Of a stretch of DNA of 64,000 nucleotides, positions 26,046 through 39,856 are shown piece by piece. Numbering within the stretch: position 1 is the first letter of the stretch; each line of letters starts with the position of its first letter. Below the pieces are notes generated by a model. It ran no database searches. It worked only from the letters and a program-made list of their open reading frames with translations, and had not been told where the DNA came from. The translations under genes and the position numbers were made by a program. This DNA comes from Flaccisagitta enflata. Its lineage: Eukaryota. The DNA is taken from NCBI GenBank assembly GCA_965153355.1, contig OZ231126.1, positions 1,116,001 through 1,180,000 of the forward strand, in the 5' to 3' direction.

Positions 26046-26608
26046 CAGTAGATCTCGTCTAGACTTGAGATAACGGGGGCAAGCATTGTGGAAAGAGGAA
26101 TAAAGGCAGGGGAGCGATATTTTTATCATAGACTAGTCAAAAGATGCTTAATTCCCCATGATAGCTGGTTGCCATGGAAACACATTTCTATGTATTCTCG
26201 CTAAAATATCAATATTTTGAGAAATTTTTTTAGGGAACATTGCTTAAAATCAAATTTGCTACAACTTTCCCACAGTATGTTCTGTAAGAATATCGCTCGT
26301 TTGGCCGTTGCTAGGGAGCGTATCCATGTGTGACGACCCCTAGCAACCGCTTAACGAGCGACATTCTTACAGAACATACTGTGGGACAGTTGTAGCAAAT
26401 TTGATTTTAAAAAATTTTCCCTCAAAAAATTTCTCAAAATATTGATATTTTAGCGAAAATACATAGAAATGCGTTTCCATAGCAACCAGCTATCATGGGT
26501 AATAAACCATCCCTTTATAAGTCTATGTTTCAAATATCACTCCTCTTGCTTCATTTGTTTTTCCACAATGCTTGCCCCCGTTATCTCAAGTCTAGACGAG
26601 ATCTACTG
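26046..26608. mobile_element. Palindromic MITE (Tc1/pogo-type) in MFS intron 3
   Basis: Perfect TIR CAGTAGATCTCGTCTAGACTTGAGATAACGGGGGCAAGCATTGTGGAAA; TA TSD; near-palindromic interior. Confidence 0.92.
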
Positions 26609-26659
26609 TACGTCAGAGGACAGGATAAACTTATAGTATCTTATGAATTCGGGGATACA

Positions 26660-26735
<76 letters not shown>

Positions 26736-26854
26736 ATTCCACTCTTGGGGATGAGAGTTAAATGCGTTCATAGCCATTATCCGATATCCGTCAATATTCA
26801 AACTGTAAATTTTGTTCACTGTATAATTGTTACTATATTCAATGTAAAACTATC

Positions 26855-26888
26855 CGGCAGGCTGGTTGGTGTCGTCTGTCACATCCCC

Positions 26889-26955
<67 letters not shown>

Positions 26956-26974
26956 GTCATCGTCATCGTCATCG

Positions 26975-27016
<42 letters not shown>

Positions 27017-27055
27017 CTTACCAGTAGGCTGGTTGGTGTCGTCTGCCACATCCCC

Positions 27056-27096
<41 letters not shown>

Positions 27097-27200
27097 CTGA
27101 CCAGCAGGCTGGTTGGTGTCGTCTGTCACATCCCCAATCATCATAATCATCATTATTATCGCTGACTAGCAGGCTGGTTGGTGTCGTCTGTCACATCCCC

Positions 27201-27261
<61 letters not shown>

Positions 27262-27316
27262 TTTATCATCACTATCACTTACCAGCAGGCTGGTTGGTGT
27301 CTTCTGCCATATCCCC

Positions 27317-27388
<72 letters not shown>

Positions 27389-27425
27389 TATCATCATCAT
27401 CATCATCATCATCATCACTATCACT
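26855..27425 (-). repeat. Five copies of the MFS exon 3 end plus donor, separated by (GAT)n expansions
   Basis: GATTGGGGATGTGACAGACGACACCAACCAGCCTGCTG|GTAAGTG repeated on the - strand. Confidence 0.9.
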
Positions 27426-27428
27426 TAC

Positions 27429-27503
27429 CAGCAGGCTGGTTGGTGTCGTCTGTCACATCCCCAATCATCGCCTTTGTAGTGCACAAAACTCCGTTGCTCA
27501 AAC
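27429..27503 (-). CDS. MFS transporter exon 3 (GLSNGVLCTTKAMIGDVTDDTNQPA)
   Basis: tccag acceptor, G|gtaagt donor, 75 nt; GLxNG…K…E/DxTDxxNQ pattern of ZIFL1-like proteins. Confidence 0.88.
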
Positions 27504-27589
27504 CTGGATGAAAAAAAAGGACAGAAAAGAAATAGATTTATGTTTCTCATTAAATGAGCCTTAAGTTTTATCATTTTTTCACTACTTTA

Positions 27590-27857
27590 CAGTCTATGGA
27601 CATTTCGGTATTTGTAGATATGTCAGCAGTTTGGTATATTTCAACCCATTGAAATCTCTCATTCTGGCATATTTCAACGGGTTGAAATCTTTAATTCTAC
27701 TGATATAAATCTTGTGGAATGAGAGATTTCAACGTGTTGAAATGTACCAAAATGAGAGATTTCAACCTGTTGAAATACGCCAGAATGCGAGATTTCATCG
27801 GGTTGAAATTTACCAAACTGCTGACATATCTACAAATATTGAAATGTCCATAGACTG
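27590..27857. mobile_element. Palindromic MITE in MFS intron 2
   Basis: TIR CAGTCTATGGACATTTC…GTAGATATGTCAGCAGTTTGGTA; TA on the left, TT on the right. Confidence 0.8.
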
Positions 27858-28002
27858 TTTATACATTTTGACCTTCATTTGGCTGTCATCCGTCACCTGT
27901 CATCTTTTACCGATAGGCTGTCAGCTGTCATCACTCACTTGTCCCCTGTTATCCGTCACCAGTCATCTGCATACATATCATGGGTCATCAGACTATAGAC
28001 AC

Positions 28003-28197
28003 CTGTGGCGATTCTGGCGACTATGGCCCAAACTAGATTTTGGGCCATTCCAAAGGCGACTGCGGCGGCTGCTGAGAAAGCCGTGCAAACGATGATGACG
28101 GGACGACGACCCAAAATGTCCGACAATACGCCCCAAATGTTACTGCCGACGAAGGCGCCGAGAAAATACGCGGACGACACGAAGCCGGCGTAGCGAC
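28003..28197 (-). CDS. MFS transporter exon 2 (GRYAGFVSSAY…WGVLSDILGRRPV…ARIAT)
   Basis: Contains MFS motif A (GxLSDxxGRR); AG/GT boundaries; phase 1/1. Confidence 0.9.
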
Positions 28198-28332
28198 CTA
28201 TTGGAGGTGTGGTGAGGTGAGGAAGGATGGCGATGATGAGGGTGAGGTGGATGGAGGAGGCAGCTGAATATGATTTAGTATGATATCACACACAGTCACA
28301 CACACAAACAAACACACACACACAGTCACACA

Positions 28333-28439
<107 letters not shown>

Positions 28440-28450
28440 TTGATTATTAC

Positions 28451-28802
28451 CTATATCTGTTTCCGGCACTGCAAATGATCTGAGCATGTGAGGCACGAAG
28501 GGAAAGAGGATCGTCATATGAATGGCGCAATTGAAAATGGCCAGCGTCGCCATGGCGACGGGCCACGCCGGAAGTGGAGACGCGGACGCGGGAATCACGG
28601 AGAGGAAACGACGAACGCGTCGCCAACACGATGTGGACGACCTGGTTGTTGCCGAGGAAGAAGCCGCTGCAGTCGTTGTTGCGGCAGTTGTTGTTGTTGC
28701 TGATTTTGCTGTTGTTTCAGCAGTTGTTGTAGTTGTAGTTGCAGCGACAGCTGCAATTGTCGTCCTTGTTGTTGTCGCGTCCACTAAGTTTGATTGAGAC
28801 AT
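28451..28802 (-). CDS. MFS transporter (ZIFL1/DHA1-like) exon 1: Thr/Ala-rich N-terminus plus TM1 (…IHMTILFPFVPHML…ETDI)
   Basis: ATG at 28802 with an in-frame stop 8 codons upstream; G|gtaat donor; LFPFVPxM motif typical of ZIFL1-like TM1. Start codon is inferred. Confidence 0.8.
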
Positions 28803-28879
28803 CTCGAAGGATTTTTTTGATGATTACCTCGAAGTTTTTGATGCTTTATGACTGGTGGCAAAATTGGTGCTCACCTTCG

Positions 28880-29007
<128 letters not shown>

Positions 29008-29521
29008 ACTGTTGTTGATGGTGGTGAAATTGTTTTTCTTTTTTGTGACACTTTTTCATTGCTGTAGGAGGAAGAGAAAAAAACGAAAACGGATGAATGC
29101 AGCGCTGATTGACAACGAATTTGACAGAGCGAATTACACTCTTTTCAGACCAGTAAAATTTTTCTGAGGCTGGGACGTCATCAAATTTTTGCCAATTGTG
29201 GCTAAAATGTTCTTAATATATCCTTAATATTCATTATTATTCTAAAACACTAGAAGATATAGGTATTGTACTGATTTATTTGTATTTGTCTGAAAATGAA
29301 CACATTCAATGTATGAAATGAAATGGCCATTTTTTTCTATTTTGAAACCACTTTTCATAATATTTCCTCTCAAAAAGAATTGAAATTCAGAATGAAAAAT
29401 GATTTTTTTTTGAAAAATTGAGGCTGAAGCTTGTTCTTAAAATGTCCATGAATTTTTTTTTGAATTTCAGCCTCATGTCCTTATGAACTTTGTCCTTACA
29501 CAATGAAAAGAGTGTACAAAC

Positions 29522-32200
29522 GGGAAGACGATCACGATGGCGATGACAATGACGATGATGATGGCAATGACGATGATAATGACGATGATGATGGCGACGA
29601 CGATGATGATGGCGATGATGTTGGCGCGGACGATGATAACAACGATGACAAATGACGATTGTAATGACGAAAATGACGATAATGATGAAATGAAATGGCG
29701 ACGATGACGAATAATGACGATGATGACGTGAAAAATGATGAAAAATGACGATGATGCGCTTACGATGATGAATAACAGATGACCTTATGACGTTGACACG
29801 ATGAAAATGAGTAACAATGGCGATCACGATGGCGATGACAATGACGATGATGATGGCAATGACGATGATAATGACGATGATGATGGCGACGACGATGATG
29901 ATGGCGATGATGTTGGCGCGGACGATGATAACAACGATGACAAATGACGTTGACAGTGGTGATAACAATGGCGATAACGATGACGATAATGACGATGATG
30001 ATGGCGATGACGATGATAATGACGATGATGATGGCGACGACGATGATGATAGCGATGACGTTGGCGCGGACGATGATAACAACGATGACAAATGACGTTG
30101 ACACTGATGATAACAATGGCGATAACGATGACAATGATAATGACGATGATGATGGCGATGACGATGATAATGACGATGATGATGGCGACGACGATGATGA
30201 TGGCGATGACGTTGGCGCGGACGATGATAACAACGATGACAAATGACGTTGACAGTGGTGATAACAATGGCGATAAAGATGACGATAATGACGATGATGT
30301 TGGCGATTACGATGATAATGACGATGATGATGGCGACGACGATGATGATAGCGATGACGTTGGCGCGGACGATGATAACAACGATGACAAATGGCGTTGA
30401 CAGTGGTGATAACAATGGCGATAACGATGACGATAATGACGATGATGATGGCGATGACGATGATAATGACGATGATGATGGCGACGACGATGATGATGGC
30501 GATGATGTTGGCGCGGACGATGATAACAACGATGACAAATGACGTTGACAGTGGTGATAACAATGGCGATAACGATGACGATAATGACGATGATGATGGC
30601 GATGACAATGATAATGACGATGATGATGGCGACGACGATGATGATAGCGATGACGTTGGCGCGGACGATGATAACAACGATGACAAATGACGTTGACACT
30701 GATGATAACAATGGCGATAACGATGACAATGATAATGACGATGATGATGGCGATGACGATGATAATGACGATGTTGATGGCGACGACGATGATGATGGCG
30801 ATGACGTTGGCGCGGACGATGATAACAACGATGACAAATGACGTTGACAGTGGGGATAACAATGGCGATAACGATGACGATGATAATGACGATGATGATG
30901 GCGATGACGATGATGATGGCGATGACAATGACGAAGACAATGATAACAACAATGACAAATGACAATGATGATGGTGATGACAATGACGATGGCAATGACA
31001 TTGACGATGATGATGGCGATGACGATGATAACAACGATGACAAATAACGATGAAGGTGGTGATAACAATGGCGATAACGATGACAATGACGATGACAATG
31101 ACGATGATGATGGCGATGACGATGATGATGGCGATGACAATGGCAAAGACAATGATAACAACAATGACAAATGACGATGATGATGGTGATGACAATTACG
31201 ATGGCGATGACATTGACGATGATGATGGCGATGATGATGGCGATGATGATGATAACAACGATGACAAATGACGATGAAGGTGGTGATAACAATGGCGATA
31301 AGGATGACAATGACAATGACGATGATGATGGCGATGACGATGATGATGGCGATGACAATGGCGAAGACAATGATAACAACATTGACAAATGACGATGATG
31401 ATGGTGATGACAATGACGATGGCGATGATGATGGCGATGATGATGATAACAACGATGACAAATGACGATGAAGGTGATGATAACAATGGCGATAACGATG
31501 ACGATGACAATGACGATGATGATGGCGATGACGATGATGATGGCGATGACAATGGCGAAGACAATGATAACAACAATGACAAATGACGATGATGATGGTG
31601 ATGACAATGACGATGGCGATGACATTGACGATGATGATGGCGATGATGATGGCGATGATGATGATAACAACGATGACAAATGACGATGAAGGTGGTGATA
31701 ACAATGGCGATAACGATGACGATGACAATGACGATGATGATGGCGATGACGATGATGATGGCGAAGACGATGATAACAACGATGACAAATGACGATGATG
31801 GTGGTGATAACGATGACGATGACGATGACAATGACGATGATGATGGCGATGACGATGATGATGGCGAAGACGATGATAACAACGATGACAAATGACGATG
31901 ATGGTGGTGATAACGATGACGATGACGATGACAATGACGATGATGATGGCGATGACGATGATGATGGCGATGACAATGGCGAAGACAATGATAACAACAA
32001 TGACAAATGACGATGATGATGGTGATGACAATGACGATGGCGATGACATTGACGATGATGATGGCGATGATGATGGCGATGATGATGGCGATGATGATGA
32101 TAACAACGATGACAAATGACGATGACGGTGGTGATAACAATGGCGATAACAATGGCGATAACGATGACGATGATGATGATGATAACTTTAATGATGATGA
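29522..32200. repeat. Compound (GAT/GAC/GGC)n satellite with ~100-150-bp higher-order units
   Basis: Recurring anchors ATAACAACGATGACAAATGACG and TTGGCGCGGACG. Confidence 0.92.
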
Positions 32201-32568
32201 AGGGCACGATCTTGTCTAGGTCTTGTTTTAACATTTACAGTTGTGGTCAACAGACAACACGATATCAACAACGATCCTGATTGTATCTGAGGATAAATTG
32301 GTCAACTCAATAACGATAGAAAACAAGGCTGGATACACGGCAATCCAGTCGCGGACGGCAGTAATGCAAAAACCGCTTGGAATTCAAAAATGTGACGGAC
32401 CTACCGACCTACCGACATACCGACCGACACGGCAAGGTGTAGAGTCGCGTGTCCGCTACTCAAAAACGCTCCAATTTAGACATTGGAAAAGAGTTTAATT
32501 GACGAGGCGGTTTTTTTAGAAGAGCTTTCGACGAAATGGTATTTGTCTCCGATGCGTCGGGGGAAAAA

Positions 32569-33945
<1,377 letters not shown>

Positions 33946-34228
33946 TAGCATCCCGCAGTTACGGGTCTCAAGCGACTTTCAATTTATCACCAATGTTGGA
34001 TTATCATTTTTGCTAGAACTATAGAGGGCCATGACATAACTTAAGCAACAAATCCTTTACAATGAATGATTAACACTTATAAACACTTAAAAAAAAAAAA
34101 AAAAAAAAAACAGGAATTGTTTTTTTTTAACTGAAGTCTCATGTCCTTCAGCAGGATCCCGTATTAGTCATACTTTCCTTTACTCTCGAAATTCATTATA
34201 ATGGGATCCAACTGTATATGACTATATA

Positions 34229-34639
34229 CTACGCGAATCAAAAAAAAAGCCGCACTTTTAAATGGCAATTTATCATATCAAACTTCAAAATAATCAAATA
34301 AAATCTTAGACCATTTTGAAGATCTCAAAAAGATCTTTCATTTGGCTCCAATCTGGCATTTCTAGCTTTATTCGTTTAGAAATGGCATAAAAAAGAGTAA
34401 AAACATTGCCACTTTCAGTTTTGCAGTCCTATTGAAAAATGAGCATTTTTGCAAAAGAGAGGTTTACTTTGGCAAGCTCTATCTCCTAAACGGTTTGAGA
34501 TACAGACCTGGGATTGGTCTAGAATGAAAGAAAATTCAAAAATCTTTGAAATCAATTGAACAAAAAAATTTTGAATTGATTTCTTGTGTCTCTTCCACTT
34601 AGCTACAAAAGGGTGCGGCTTTTTTTTTGATTCGCGTAG
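34229..34639. mobile_element. MITE with TA TSD
   Basis: TIR CTACGCGAATCAAAAAAAAAGCCGCAC flanked by TA. Confidence 0.8.
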
Positions 34640-36833
34640 TATGTCACGTTTTCGATTATCGATCGAAATGTCAGATTGACCCGTACTTCGAGACGAGTAC
34701 AACGACCTTGAGTGTAATTCGTCTTCCTTTGCCGATTGGTCGATAGACGACGGGCAAAAGGAGTGGATGAGAAATGTGAAATATTTCATACCGGGTGGAC
34801 ATAAAAAAGGCCGGATACACGGCAGCATTAGTCGCCGACGGGTGGGCAGGAGCGGAAAACCTTGAAAGTGACTTTGATACGGACCGACGGACGGACCAAC
34901 GGACGGACAAGAAAGTGGCTTATAGAGTCACGTGTCCGCGACTAAAAAAGTAGCTCTGTATCTAGATAATGCAAAAACTGTGTTAACATTTAGTAACCAT
35001 ATGCAATAGTACCTGTTATAGTCTGTACATATGACTTAAACACACGTATTCAAAGTGTGAATGATCACCAAATTTTTTTTTCATTTTTGCCTATCTTTAA
35101 TAAAAAAAAGTTATCAATTATAACTGCTTTTTTGGATGTATATTTGATCATTTATTTCAAAATTCCTGTTTTTTATACTTTTCTAAGCCCTAATCTTACT
35201 CAAATACCTTTCCTTCAAAGTAAACTTAGTAGAAAACACTGTTTTTTGGTCAAATTTCAATAAAATCTTTTAATCGGACCATAGTTCACTTCAGTTTTTT
35301 TAATCATAATTTGAAAAATATTGATCTTCATAATAAAACATATAGGCCAATTTTCATTTAAGAGAAATTTAAAAAGCAACACTAAAAAAATGAAAAGCTA
35401 CTTTTCAGTCATTTTTCCTGCGCTTTTTGTGTGGCATCCCAATTTCGAAATGGCCCCAAGCAAAAAAATTGTAGATTGGTAAGTTTTAGAAATCTGATAT
35501 TCAAAATGAATTTACTCGCGATAAGGATTTTAACGTTCAAACTTCAAATCATTGTAAATTAAAAACAGTTAAAGATGTTTTTGAGCCGATTCTTTCTAAC
35601 ACCACTCAAATGATAGATGTTTTCAGGGCATCCAACCCTTATCCACACCTCAACCCTTACCCCACACACAAACAGAATCTAAAATGTTCGTTATTCCACT
35701 TTTCGGCTCGATCATCACAGATGGATGAACCGATGGACCAAAGGACCGACGGACAAAGCCCCATACTCGCACAGAGTTGCTTATCCGCATTTAAGATGTG
35801 ACGATTGTGCGATTTTTGTGTTATGGTCCCTTTCCTTTTCCAAATGTCCATGATAACCATTTCCCAAAAACGGCATCCCCAAAAAATGACTATGATTGTT
35901 CTTAGTCGATTTCATCTTTTTACCGGCCAAAATGCGTCAAAGCTATGTGCCATTTTGGGGGTCATGGTCACTAACCATAATGTTACAGACGGCAATCGCA
36001 TCTGATCATTAAGGCCCTTATACACATTGATGTATAGGATTGCGATAAAAAAGCTTACCGTTGCCGGGCGCAGGCTTTTAGCTTATTATGATCGTTGACA
36101 TGGTTCCTCTTGTCTTAAAACCAGTGAAAAAAAACATCAAACAAAAAGAATGAGAAAAAGAATTAAAACAGAATACAAAGAAAAAAAGATTAGAATTGAT
36201 AAACAGCAGTCAGGAAGCGGCGTTTAACTAAGCGGCAAATGTACAAGAGTGGGACATGATTAAGATATTGTGTCATGTTAAATAGACGATTATATATCGA
36301 TGTGATATCATTCTTTTGCATGATAAAAGTTCAAGGTCAGAACTATCATGGGCTTGTGATTTGGCATGAGAACTAAGGTCATGCAGTTAAAAATGCATCG
36401 TTTATAATTTGAGCTAAATTTACAACAAATCAAAATATTCCAAGGTTTTGAGACTCAAAACGCTCATCAAATAATGCTTTTAAAGCAAGTTCGCTGGTGC
36501 CATAACAAGTTTTAAAAACAGACTGGCAAACAGATTGACAAGCCAAAAAATCTGGAGAGATGATTAAAACTAGGACCAGATTTAGCCGGGTTTGCTCGGA
36601 AGGTATTATACATGTGAGTATAAAATTTGTTTGATTATTATACAAAGAGGGCAAGAGATGTTCCATAGATGCGTCCATTGTCAAACAAAGACATTTCAAG
36701 TTTTAGAAAGATCAAACCATAACTAAATGAGGGATAACATTCAAAAATAACGTTTTTCGGTTTTGTTGAAGATAGAGTGCTAAGAAGCAAGCACAATTGA
36801 AAGAACATGAAACTCGTGGAAAAGGTAGAGAGT

Positions 36834-37074
<241 letters not shown>

Positions 37075-37130
37075 TCCTCGTCTTTTCGTTTTCACCGCTG
37101 CTTCATATGCTGGACCGTAGATCATTTTAA

Positions 37131-37828
37131 GGGGGCATCCTCTGAATCACGAAATTCGTGCTTAAGTTAGAAGTATTTCCACTGAAGCACACCCTAGTGC
37201 TTCAGTGGAATGAAGAATAACTGGTGCCATTTGCAATTCGAGCTTCGGTGGAATTGGAAGTAACTTATTTTTTCACAATAAAAAAGATAGAGAAAGTTTA
37301 ATGCTTATTTGAAGGAATCAAAAATCCCCTCTTTTCTTTCCATCTCTCTCTATGTCTCCTCTATTTCTTTTCATCTCTCCTTTTTTGTCCTTGAGAATTT
37401 TGATATCTAAAAAAGAACATTTTTTTAAATTTGCTTAGTTTTCATTATTTTGAAAAAAATAAAGGCATGTAAGAAAACTTAAAAAAAAAAAAAATTGAGG
37501 AAGAATGAGTTTAGGAAAAGATTTTATGATAAAAGAGAAAGAAAAATTGAAATAGAAAAAAATTAAGATATTCATAGAAGATACTTTAGAAAGAAAAGGA
37601 AAAAAAAAATTCTGAATTAAAAGAAATCAAATAAGTTTCTTTATCTACTGAAATATTTGCAACCAATCAAAAAAAATCTTAATAACTTCTCATTTCATTG
37701 CAAGATGAAAAATGATCAATTGCAGTATAAAAAGATGTCAAGAGTCAATCCACTGAAGCACGAATTCTAATGGGCCTTAACTGGCCTAATTTCCAGCCCA
37801 GTTTTCGTGATTCAATGGATAAGCCCTC
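37131..37828. mobile_element. Degenerate TIR element
   Basis: Imperfect inverted ends GGGC..ATCC..TGAATCACGAAA; no clear TSD. Confidence 0.45.
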
Positions 37829-37860
37829 AAATCAAAACTTGAACTTGAAAACGAAAAGAC

Positions 37861-37960
<100 letters not shown>

Positions 37961-39080
37961 TCCTCGTCTTTTCGTTTTCAAGTTCAAGTTTTAATTTGAG
38001 GCTTGAGAGGGCTGATTGGGAGTCTGAACATGCTAGAAGGCTGATTTGAGGCCATAGAAGGCAGGTTTGAGGCCTGAGAGGCCTGATTTGAATTGTACGT
38101 AAAATCAGAGAAAAATTCGACTGCGCCAAATGAGCTAGAAGAGCTAAAATACTCAAAATCACTCACCCAGATGACCAGCTATGCTCACTCACACGCTTTC
38201 TTGTATTTGCATACTCAGACCCGTATCGAAACATTCATTTTTCCCATTTAAGATAGAAACAAGGCCGGATACACGGCTACCCCAGTCGCGTGCCGGTGGG
38301 CAGGGGCTATATTTGAGGTCACTTGATTATTTAGGCAGGAGCAGTGAGGCCAAAGACCGCAAAAACCCAAAGAAAGTAAAGTGTGACGGACCGAAGGACC
38401 GACGGACCGACGGACCGATGGACCAACGGACCGATGGACGAACGGACCGATGGACGGACCAACAAAACGGGGTGTAGAGTTGTCTAGCACGCAACTAAAA
38501 ACATGTATGGAGGTGACCAAAAAATCATATTTGTTATTGGCGGAATTCTGTTGAAGTAAATAAAGTGGAAAAAAGAAACAAGTTAAAGGGACAATGGATT
38601 TGTATCCCTTAATAGCGGAATTCCTTTAGTGGCGGGTCCAATAGAACGGGTTCAACTGTATTTCTTGACTATCTTACCACCCTCATTGTTTATTCTACTG
38701 CGGTGAATACCCGGAAATCAACTGTATTATCTTACTCAAAATGAGAGTCCGGCATCTTTTCTTTAATTATGGCTAAATTATCAAATAAGATATATAAGAA
38801 TTGGTGACCCTTAGTAAGCCCTGTAAGAATGTGATCAAATGCCACAAAGCAGAGCTCTGTAGCTCAATTCTTTCAGATTTTACTACAGAAAAAGTAAAAT
38901 GATTCACTTTGATCTACTAGGTAAAGTTATTTTTTTGAAATTTTTGCATTTTCATATGGGTATATCCAACACACATCAATCATAGAAGGTTAGAAAAATC
39001 GGTGACCAATGTAAAGAGCTTCAAAAAGCCACCAAGCAGAGCTCATTTGCTCGGATTGTTTAGATTTTACAGAAAAACTA

Positions 39081-39856
39081 CAGGGTGTTTCAAGTGAGTT
39101 GCAACATAAAGAATCAACATATCTCTGCTCCTAGGAGCTCAAATCAATTTCTGAAAAAAGTTCTTCAGAGATCTTGGTCTTCAGTTTTGGCATGCAAAAT
39201 TTCATGATAATCGAATAACTTGTCTAGACGCCACATATCTGAGAACAATACATGCGATTTCTGTCCTTATCAATTTTCATCTTTTTACTTCCTACTGTAC
39301 TTGGAAGTAGCTCTCTTTAACTGGTTGCCATTTTTTAACGAATTGAGCTAGAACCCTGGGATTGGTCTCAAATGACAGATAATTTGTCATAGATTTCAGA
39401 TCTCTTTAAAAATTTGGTAGGTTTTCCATATTTAAGAAAAATTTGATTGACCTTTTCAAAAATTGCAAAAAATGTTTTGATGATGTTTGACCAAAATCAT
39501 CAAAAAAGATATTAAATATTCAAACTTTCCCTGATTTCAAAGCAGATGAGCAATCTATGTTAAATTATCTTTCATTTGAGACCAATCCCAGGGTTCTAGC
39601 TCAATTTGTTTAAAAATGGCAAGCACTTAAAGTACGCTACTGCTAGGTACATTTATAAAAAAAATGATTTCTCACTGGAAATGACTGTTTTTTTGATTTT
39701 ATACTGACACACATCTATCAATCACTTAAAGATGAGGTTTGGTGTCAAAAAACTGAAGACCAAGATCTTTATAGAACTTTTTTCAGAAATTGATTTGAGT
39801 TCCTAGAAGCAGAGATATGTCGATTCTTTATATTGCAACTCACTTGAAACACCCTG
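39081..39856. mobile_element. MITE related to the 8262-13480 element
   Basis: TIR CAGGGTGTTTCAAGTGAGTTGCAA of about 110 bp; TA TSD; second internal inverted pair. Confidence 0.9.

Noticed and set aside
29387-32234. Long ORFs of 602-824 aa rich in Ser/His/Ile
   Set aside because: Translations of a trinucleotide satellite; open in several frames, with no domain or splice support.
34670-34795. Short coding-like stretch as a further TRPC exon
   Set aside because: No TRPC S3 similarity and no in-phase acceptor giving an open frame.
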